From the IMG/VR virus record IMGVR_UViG_3300012665_000858: a stretch of 64,000 bases of DNA; one strand, written 5' to 3'. The DNA comes from an uncultured virus (IMG/VR IMGVR_UViG_3300012665_000858) (taxonomy: Duplodnaviria; Heunggongvirae; Uroviricota; Caudoviricetes). Position 1 is the stretch's first letter; every line of letters starts with the position of its first letter. A model generated the notes under the pieces. It searched no databases, was not told where the DNA came from, and saw nothing but the letters and a program-made list of their open reading frames with translations. The position numbers and the translations under genes are program-made. Shown one piece after another: positions 57,493 through 64,000 of this stretch.

Positions 57493-59586
57493 ATGGACAT
57501 TAGAGCAATACTAAACAAATTAGACACTGTAATGGTTTCAGAAGCCATCACCATTAAAGATGTGGAAGCCGCAGTTGCTGGTAAAACAGACGAGCAAGAA
57601 CGTGCTAACATCTTAAATGATATCGCATGGAAGGAAAAACTACCAGGTCTATATGATCCAGTTAGTGGTTATTTTGTTCCTAAACAAGGCCAACCAAACA
57701 GTATGGGTGGAAAATATAATATTTCCGCAACTGCATCGACTAGCGCAGATAAGGCACTGGCCGATATGGGCTTAGTTCCTCAAAATGCAAAAACATCTAC
57801 TGCACTAGGACGTATGTTCCGTGGCGATGACAAGGGTCAACACGATACAGACATTAAAGGTGCCAGCAGTAAGGTTAATATTAAAGCGGATAAACTTCCA
57901 CAATTAAAAGCATTAGTTGATAAGTTAAAAGCGGCTAGCGGCAGTGCAGGTGCTTCTAGTAGCGCAAGTACTGGCACTGGTCTTAAGATGCCGAGCATGA
58001 CTAATAAAGCACCAGGTGCTGGCGGCTTAAAAGTCGGTGAAGAAAGTATCTTTGAATCCTTATTAAAAGAATTTCAAGACATCGTACTCGATCAAGATAT
58101 AGAAGAAGCAGATCCTGCTATTCCAGGCGTGCAAGGCGGCACAGGTACATTGCCTGCTCCTAAAACTGCACCTGCTCCGACTGGTAAAAACAAAGATCTA
58201 GTAATGCAGATTCAAGCAATGATCGATGAATTATCGACTATCGAAGGCGACAAGGACATCGAAGCGGCTGTTGCTGATGCGCAGGCTGCTATTGCCGCAG
58301 ATGCTGAAGCAGAAAAAACTGCTGGGGCGGCATCAGCAAGTGCTAAAGAAGCCAAAGTAAATCGATTAAAAGAATTACTTGCCAAAGCCAAAGAAGCAAA
58401 AGCACCAGCGGCAACTAATGCGGCATCTTTAAAAGCGGCACAAGGCGGTATGGCAGAAAGCATGAGCGACTTTGTTGCTCGTATACAGCGTATTCAAGAA
58501 GGTACAACTCTTTCTGAAGCATTATCATCGGAAGAGTATAAAGAATTGCAAAAATTAGCGGCAGAGTTACAACAAGATTATGCCGATGACACCGAACTTC
58601 AAACATTAACTAAACAAGCATTAGATTTGCCAGTGCCAGCAGGCGGTACAACAGCAGGCGGACCGGGCGAAGAAAAGCCAGGCGAAACAAAGCCCGGTGA
58701 GAAGAAACCAGGTGTAGCAGATCCTGCTATCCAGAAGGTTCAAGAACAATTAAAAGCACTAGGTGTTGATCCTGGTCCGATTGATGGTAAAATGGGTCCT
58801 AAGACAATTGCTGGTATCAAAGCATTTGAAAAGATGGCTGGTAAACCAGAAACTGGTAAGGTTACTCCAGAGTTAAGCACACTACTAGCAGATGGTAAAA
58901 ATATTGTTGCTCGCAGTCAATTAACACAAGCATTAACTGCTATCGAAGCAATCGCTACAAAGTATAAAATTTCTGAATCCATAACAGAAGAAGATGTATT
59001 GGCCATGACTGAAAGTGAAGCCAGAGCATTTGTTATGAAGAATCTTAAGTACTTCAGCGAAGCAGAACAAATTGCAATCACAAGAGATTATTTAAGTGAA
59101 GCACCTGTGCCAGCATTGCCTGGACCTGGTGGAAATAGACTACCAGCGTTGCCTGGCGCACCTGCAGGTAATCCAAATGTAATCGATGTACCATTCAGAG
59201 ATGTTCCTTCAAAACCAAGTTTTGGACAACGTGCTATGGATTTTGTCAAAGGTGCGGCCTCAAAATTAAAAAGTCCTAAAGCATTGGCAGTTGCAGGTGG
59301 TGCATTAGTACTAGGCACATTATGGAAAGCGTTCAGCGGCAATGATGTTCAAATGGATCCAAAAGATCTAGCAGAATTACAAAAGCATTTGAAAGTATTA
59401 GACCAGTACGGTCAAGATCCTGCTATCAAAGCAGGCTTACCTGCGGATGTTCAAAAACGATTAGATGTTGTAATTGGCAAGTTGGGCAAACTTAAAGGCG
59501 CAAAGGCAGCGGCACCTGCGGCGGCACCTGCGGCAGCACCGGCTCCTGGTGCATCAGATGCTATGGGTAATCAACTCGGCGCTTAA
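57493..59586 (+). CDS. large Ala-rich protein with a peptidoglycan-binding domain
   Basis: VQEQLKALG.DPGPIDGKMGPKT..GIKAFE PG_binding_1 motif; TAAATA at 57461 and GAGG SD. Confidence 0.8.
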   Translation: MDIRAILNKLDTVMVSEAITIKDVEAAVAGKTDEQERANILNDIAWKEKLPGLYDPVSGYFVPKQGQPNSMGGKYNISATASTSADKALADMGLVPQNAKTSTALGRMFRGDDKGQHDTDIKGASSKVNIKADKLPQLKALVDKLKAASGSAGASSSASTGTGLKMPSMTNKAPGAGGLKVGEESIFESLLKEFQDIVLDQDIEEADPAIPGVQGGTGTLPAPKTAPAPTGKNKDLVMQIQAMIDELSTIEGDKDIEAAVADAQAAIAADAEAEKTAGAASASAKEAKVNRLKELLAKAKEAKAPAATNAASLKAAQGGMAESMSDFVARIQRIQEGTTLSEALSSEEYKELQKLAAELQQDYADDTELQTLTKQALDLPVPAGGTTAGGPGEEKPGETKPGEKKPGVADPAIQKVQEQLKALGVDPGPIDGKMGPKTIAGIKAFEKMAGKPETGKVTPELSTLLADGKNIVARSQLTQALTAIEAIATKYKISESITEEDVLAMTESEARAFVMKNLKYFSEAEQIAITRDYLSEAPVPALPGPGGNRLPALPGAPAGNPNVIDVPFRDVPSKPSFGQRAMDFVKGAASKLKSPKALAVAGGALVLGTLWKAFSGNDVQMDPKDLAELQKHLKVLDQYGQDPAIKAGLPADVQKRLDVVIGKLGKLKGAKAAAPAAAPAAAPAPGASDAMGNQLGA

Positions 59587-59601
59587 TCAATTGTCACATT
59601 T

Positions 59602-59627
59602 AAAAAAGCGGCTTCGGCCGCTTTTTT
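59602..59627. terminator. rho-independent terminator (bidirectional)
   Basis: AAAAAA-GCGGC-TTCG-GCCGC-TTTTTT. Confidence 0.9.
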
Positions 59628-59648
59628 AATCTTTTGAAAAAATAATCA

Positions 59649-59677
59649 TTGACTTGGACCAAATAAACATATATAAT
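59649..59677 (+). promoter_or_regulatory. sigma70-type promoter
   Basis: TTGACT-17 nt-TATAAT. Confidence 0.75.
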
Positions 59678-59701
59678 TAAACTTATTACTAAGGAGATGC
59701 T

Positions 59702-59962
59702 ATGGGCGATAGAACCTATGGGCCAGAAGAGAAAGCCAAACTAGAGCGACTTGTTAACGAAGGCGTACAAGTTAAATATGAAATTGAAAGTTTAACAGAA
59801 GGTTTAAAGGAAACTGTTAAAGCAGTTGCTGAAGAACTAGATATTAAGCCAGCACTTATCAACAAAGCCATTGCCATTGCACATAAAGGCAATTGGAATG
59901 ATGTGTTTAGCGACTTTGACGATTTAGAAACACTTATTGTCACTGTTGGCAAGGACAAATAA
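59702..59962 (+). CDS. small helical DNA-binding protein (T4 DsbA/GapR-like)
   Basis: L..L..E......I..L...LKE.V.....E..I.P..I pattern. Confidence 0.55.
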   Translation: MGDRTYGPEEKAKLERLVNEGVQVKYEIESLTEGLKETVKAVAEELDIKPALINKAIAIAHKGNWNDVFSDFDDLETLIVTVGKDK

Positions 59963-59964
59963 TT

Positions 59965-60267
59965 TTGAAATGGTTTACTAATTCGGTAAACAACACATAT
60001 ATGTGGGCTAGGCAGGATTACAGAGAATGGCCGTTAAGATTCATTCTCGAAATTACTGCCTGGTTTATGAGTATAGGTTGTGCAGTATGGATGGGAATAA
60101 CCCTACCAAATCCACCATTCTTAATTCTTTATCCATTGTTTATAATTCAGTGCTGTATATTTGCATGGGCCGCTTGGACACGTAAAAGTACAGGCATGGT
60201 TGCTAACTATTTGTTGTTAGTCACTATTGACATAATCGCTATCACGCGATTGATAATTAATACATAA
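59965..60267 (+). CDS. small three-TM membrane protein
   Basis: Three hydrophobic segments; TTG start. Confidence 0.65.
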   Translation: MKWFTNSVNNTYMWARQDYREWPLRFILEITAWFMSIGCAVWMGITLPNPPFLILYPLFIIQCCIFAWAAWTRKSTGMVANYLLLVTIDIIAITRLIINT

Positions 60268-60272
60268 GAGTA

Positions 60273-60331
60273 AGGTTTAGTCAGCCATAAATGACAGTAC
60301 AGGTATTTGCCAGCCCTAAATGGCATAGGAG
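60273..60331 (+). promoter_or_regulatory. tandem hairpin operator-like element in the DNA polymerase leader
   Basis: GTCA-GCCATAAA-TGAC and TGCCA-GCCCTAAA-TGGCA directly before AGGAG. Confidence 0.6.
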
Positions 60332-60342
60332 AAAAATAAAAT

Positions 60343-63012
60343 ATGAGTTATGTAGATGCTCTCTTTGACAGAGAGAATGATATCATCAAGGTCGTTGAGC
60401 GAAACGACCAAGGCGAACGGGTTTTTAAAGAACACCCTGTACGCTACACATTTTACTACCCAGATCAAAAAGGAAAATTCACCAGTATATATGGTGATCC
60501 GCTGACCAGAGTAGTATGCAAAAATACCAAAGACTTTCGTAAAGAAGTGGCTATTAATAATAGCAAGGAACTATATGAAAGCGACATCAATCCTATTTTC
60601 GTACACCTTAGCGAAAACTATCTAAATCAAGATGCACCTAAACTAAACATCTGCTTCTTCGACATTGAGGTAGACTTTGATCCAGAACGCGGCTATAGCA
60701 CTCCAGAAGATGCTTTCATGCCGATTACTGCTATTACTGTCTACCTGAAATGGCTTGGTAAGTTAATTACATTAGCATTGCCCCCAAAAGGCATGAAGAT
60801 GGATGATGCTGTTAAGTTAGTTGCTGACATTCCTGATACACATTTATTTGATAATGAAGCAGATATGTTGGAAACATTCTTGGATCTAATCCAAGATGCA
60901 GATATTATCAGTGGCTGGAATAGCGAGGGCTATGACGTGCCGTATACAGTGAATCGTGTCACACAGGTATTGAGTAAAGAAGACACACGCAGATTTTGTC
61001 TGTGGAATCAATTCCCTAAACGCCGGGAATACGAAAAATACGGCAAGAAGGCAATTACATATGACTTTCACGGCCGTGTACACTTGGACAGTCTTGAACT
61101 TTATCGTAAGTACACTTATGAAGAACGTCATACCTATCGTCTGGATGCAATCGGCGAGATGGAAATTGGCGAGAACAAAACAGTCTATGAAGGTACATTA
61201 GATCAGTTGTACAACAATGACTTTCATAAGTTTATTGTGTATAATAGACAAGACACATTGCTATTAAACAAACTAGATGATAAGTTGAAGTTTATCGACC
61301 TTGCTAATAAACTGGCTCATGAATGTACTGTATTGCTACAAACTACAATGGGTGCTGTGGCTGTCACTGAGCAGGCCATTATTAACGAAAGTCATCGTAG
61401 AGGTTTCCAAGTTCCTAATCGTCCTAAACGAGATGATGACGAAAACACTGCGGCGGCTGGTGCTTATGTTGCACACCCTAAAGAAGGATTGCAAGACTGG
61501 ATCGGCTCCTTGGACATTAACAGTCTGTATCCTAGTGCCATTCGTGCGCTGAACATGGGTCCAGAAACTATTGTAGGACAACTACGCCCTACAATAACAG
61601 AAGCATTTATTCATGAGCAAATGACTCTTAAGAAAAAATCGTTTGCAGGCAGTTGGGAAGGTAAATTTGGGGCGGATGAATACGAAGCCGTAATGGCTCA
61701 ACGTAAGGACGTTGAAATTGTTATCGACTGGGAAGATGGTAACAACACAGTACACAGTGGTGCTGAAGTTTATAAAATTATCTTTGACAGCAATCAACCT
61801 TGGATGTTGAGTGCCAACGGTACTATCTTCACTTACGAGAAAGAAGGTATTATACCCGGACTGTTAAAGCGTTGGTATGCTGAACGTAAAGAGATGCAGG
61901 CCAAACTTAAAGACTGTATTAAGATAGGTAATAAAGTCGAAGAAGAATATTGGGACAAACGTCAGTTGGTTAAGAAGATTAACTTGAACAGTTTGTATGG
62001 TGCTATTCTTAATCCTGGTTGTAGATTCTTTGATAAACGTATTGGTCAAAGTACTACACTAGTTGGTCGACAAATTGCCAAGCACATGGCTGGTAAAGTC
62101 AATGAAATTATTACAGGCGAATATAATCACGTAGGTAAAGCAGTTATCTACGGTGACACTGACAGTTGTTACTTTTCAGCGTATACTACATTGAAGAAAG
62201 ACATCGAAGCCGGTGTTATTCCTTGGACTAAAGATAATGTCACTGCTTTATATGATCAAATTGGCGAAGAAGTAAACAGTACGTTTGTTAAGTTTATGCA
62301 AGATCAATTCCATTGTCCTCCTAGTCGAGGCGATGTTATTAAAGCAGGTCGTGAAATTGTTGCATCAAAAGGTTTGTTCATTACTAAGAAGCGTTATGCT
62401 GTATTGTATTATGACAAAGAAGGCAAACGTGCAGACGTAGATGGCAAGCCGGGTAAAATCAAGGCCATGGGCTTAGACTTGAAGCGCAGTGATACACCTG
62501 CGTTCATTCAAGACTTCTTAAGTGATGTGCTTGAAAAAGTACTAACCGGTGAAACCGAAGAACAAGTATTGGATCATATTACCAAGTTCCGTACAGAATT
62601 CAAGGCTAGACCTGGTTGGGAGAAAGGTTCGCCCAAACGTGCTAACAACGTTACAGAATACGAAGCCAAGGAAAAGAAACAAGGAAAGGCAAATATGCCT
62701 GGACACGTTCGTGCAAGTATTAATTGGAATACTCTGCGTCGAATGAATTCCGACAAGTATAGTATGCAGATTACAGACGGTCAAAAAGTTATTGTCTGTA
62801 AACTAAAACCCAATCCATTAGGATATACATCAGTAGCATATCCTGTCGATGAATTACGTTTGCCAAAATGGTTCATGGAACTACCGTTCGATGATGCAGA
62901 AATGGAACAAACTATTATCGACAATAAACTGGATAACTTAATTGGAGTTCTTAAATGGGACGTAGCAAGTACGGAAGAAAAGAACACATTTAATCAACTG
63001 TTTGAGTTTTAA
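60343..63012 (+). CDS. gp43: family B DNA polymerase (T4 gp43-like)
   Basis: ExoI FDIE, ExoII WN..GYD, ExoIII YN.QD; DINSLYPS, K...NSLYG, YGDTDS, KKRY. Confidence 0.96.
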   Translation: MSYVDALFDRENDIIKVVERNDQGERVFKEHPVRYTFYYPDQKGKFTSIYGDPLTRVVCKNTKDFRKEVAINNSKELYESDINPIFVHLSENYLNQDAPKLNICFFDIEVDFDPERGYSTPEDAFMPITAITVYLKWLGKLITLALPPKGMKMDDAVKLVADIPDTHLFDNEADMLETFLDLIQDADIISGWNSEGYDVPYTVNRVTQVLSKEDTRRFCLWNQFPKRREYEKYGKKAITYDFHGRVHLDSLELYRKYTYEERHTYRLDAIGEMEIGENKTVYEGTLDQLYNNDFHKFIVYNRQDTLLLNKLDDKLKFIDLANKLAHECTVLLQTTMGAVAVTEQAIINESHRRGFQVPNRPKRDDDENTAAAGAYVAHPKEGLQDWIGSLDINSLYPSAIRALNMGPETIVGQLRPTITEAFIHEQMTLKKKSFAGSWEGKFGADEYEAVMAQRKDVEIVIDWEDGNNTVHSGAEVYKIIFDSNQPWMLSANGTIFTYEKEGIIPGLLKRWYAERKEMQAKLKDCIKIGNKVEEEYWDKRQLVKKINLNSLYGAILNPGCRFFDKRIGQSTTLVGRQIAKHMAGKVNEIITGEYNHVGKAVIYGDTDSCYFSAYTTLKKDIEAGVIPWTKDNVTALYDQIGEEVNSTFVKFMQDQFHCPPSRGDVIKAGREIVASKGLFITKKRYAVLYYDKEGKRADVDGKPGKIKAMGLDLKRSDTPAFIQDFLSDVLEKVLTGETEEQVLDHITKFRTEFKARPGWEKGSPKRANNVTEYEAKEKKQGKANMPGHVRASINWNTLRRMNSDKYSMQITDGQKVIVCKLKPNPLGYTSVAYPVDELRLPKWFMELPFDDAEMEQTIIDNKLDNLIGVLKWDVASTEEKNTFNQLFEF

Positions 63013-63016
63013 AGAC

Positions 63017-63045
63017 TTGACATTGACCGAAAACCTAAATATAAT
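63017..63045 (+). promoter_or_regulatory. sigma70-type promoter overlapping a TAAATA late motif
   Basis: TTGACA-17 nt-TATAAT. Confidence 0.8.
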
Positions 63046-63065
63046 CAACATTAAGGAGAATTATA

Positions 63066-63800
63066 ATGATTAAAGACATTTTAACAGACATCGTAGCACA
63101 TACACATAGCCTAGGCTTTTTACCACTGGTAAAGGTTACAGGTGCAAAAGATTCAACTACAATTGAATCAATGGCCGAGGATCGTAGTGTTATTGTTACG
63201 GCAACTGCACACAAGCCGGTTGCAGAATTTGATGGCACATTCGGTATGCCTAATCTGGACAAGTTAAACCTTCACTTGAAGAATCCAGAGTATAAAGAGA
63301 ATGCACAGATTAATGTTGTGAAAGCAAATAAGAACGGTGCAGATGTTGCAGTAGGTTTACACTTTGAAAACCAAGCAGGCGACTTCCAGAACGATTATCG
63401 CTTTATGGCATCTGAACTTATTAGTGAAAAACTAAAGTCAGTTAAGTTTAAAGGTGCAAGTTGGGAAGTTGAATTTGAACCTAGCGTTGCGGCTATTAGT
63501 CGTTTGAAACTACAGAGTGCGGCACACAGTGAAGAAACTGTTTTCCAAGTTCGTACAGAAGACAACAACCTTGTATTCTTCTTTGGTGATGCTAGTACAC
63601 ACGCAGGTTCATTTGTTTTCCAACACGATGTTGGCGGCAAGTTAAAGCACACATGGAGTTGGCCTGTTTCACAAGTACAGAGCATTTTGAATCTCGACGG
63701 TGAAGTTACTATGAAGATTGCAGATGCAGGTGCTATGCAAATTACAGTAGACAGTGGCGTTGCCGTTTACGATTACATTTTGCCTGCACAGAGCAAATAA
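63066..63800 (+). CDS. putative DNA sliding clamp (gp45/PCNA-like)
   Basis: 244 aa alternating beta/alpha pattern, PCNA-like C-terminus Y.YILPA; follows the polymerase; clamp loader in window. Confidence 0.65.
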   Translation: MIKDILTDIVAHTHSLGFLPLVKVTGAKDSTTIESMAEDRSVIVTATAHKPVAEFDGTFGMPNLDKLNLHLKNPEYKENAQINVVKANKNGADVAVGLHFENQAGDFQNDYRFMASELISEKLKSVKFKGASWEVEFEPSVAAISRLKLQSAAHSEETVFQVRTEDNNLVFFFGDASTHAGSFVFQHDVGGKLKHTWSWPVSQVQSILNLDGEVTMKIADAGAMQITVDSGVAVYDYILPAQSK

Positions 63801-64000
63801 TGAAGATTATTTTAGATTATATTAAGTCGCATATACCCCAGATGGAAATGCTGGGGGTGATTATGCGTATCATTAGTTTTAGTCTAGTATCTTGGCTAGG
63901 ACCAGCGAGTCCTTTTATGTTTGTGTGGATCTTTAATACAGCGGATGCTATATTGTTAACATATTGCGCTAGGCTGAAACGGGATCCAGCATATACATTG
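63800..64000 (+). CDS. membrane protein, 3'-truncated by window edge
   Basis: TAATG coupling; MKIILDYIKSHIPQMEMLGVIMRIISFSLV... open to the end of the window. Confidence 0.6.
   Translation, partial: MKIILDYIKSHIPQMEMLGVIMRIISFSLVSWLGPASPFMFVWIFNTADAILLTYCARLKRDPAYTL

Noticed and set aside
59506..59547. 12 nt tandem repeat GCGGCACCTGCG
   Set aside because: Simply encodes an AAPA linker
60343..63012. Intein or intron in the DNA polymerase
   Set aside because: 889 aa uninterrupted ORF of normal gp43 size with no splicing motifs
1..64000. Many short or antisense ORFs in the track (e.g. 9432..10070-, 43716..44201-, 14863..15360-)
   Set aside because: They lie opposite or inside well-supported genes, and I saw no SD or recognisable motifs; treated as shadow ORFs
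1..64000. tRNA genes or CRISPR arrays
   Set aside because: The few intergenic gaps over 70 nt show no cloverleaf/T-loop signature and no regularly spaced repeats
1..64000. Stop-codon reassignment
   Set aside because: Genes are full length under the standard code; TAG (4106, 42149) and TGA end genes at tight junctions

Overview
A 64 kb, densely coded segment of a large lytic T4-like dsDNA phage using the standard genetic code. Spanins and lipoproteins imply a Gram-negative host. It holds an early region (HNH, ATP-dependent DNA ligase, metallophosphoesterase, ClpP, many hypotheticals) under near-consensus sigma70 promoters. Virion and tail genes (LamG/Calx-beta fibre, a ~3,100 aa protein with a gp9/gp10-like N-terminus, an Ig-rich protein) follow T4-like TAAATA late promoters. 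It also has queD, a glycosyltransferase, uvsE, an isolated DnaE fragment, GroES, clamp loader, dCMP deaminase, PhoH, a lysis module, DnaJ-PDF-ClpA, Dps, a family B DNA polymerase and a sliding clamp. The most striking element is a late-transcribed 47.8-59.6 kb cluster whose proteins carry T4 capsid-targeting-like N-termini and repeated xxE|(G/A/S) junctions. It includes a Pol-beta-type nucleotidyltransferase, a KxDG ligase-like protein, a HIGH nucleotidyltransferase and a HAD phosphatase, suggesting a virion-packaged, protease-matured enzyme payload. Other highlights are candidate structured RNAs (queD leader, 57.4 kb intergenic element, twin hairpins before the polymerase) and phycobiliprotein-like CxRD repeats in the giant protein. 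Family assignments come from motif recognition by eye, not database searches.
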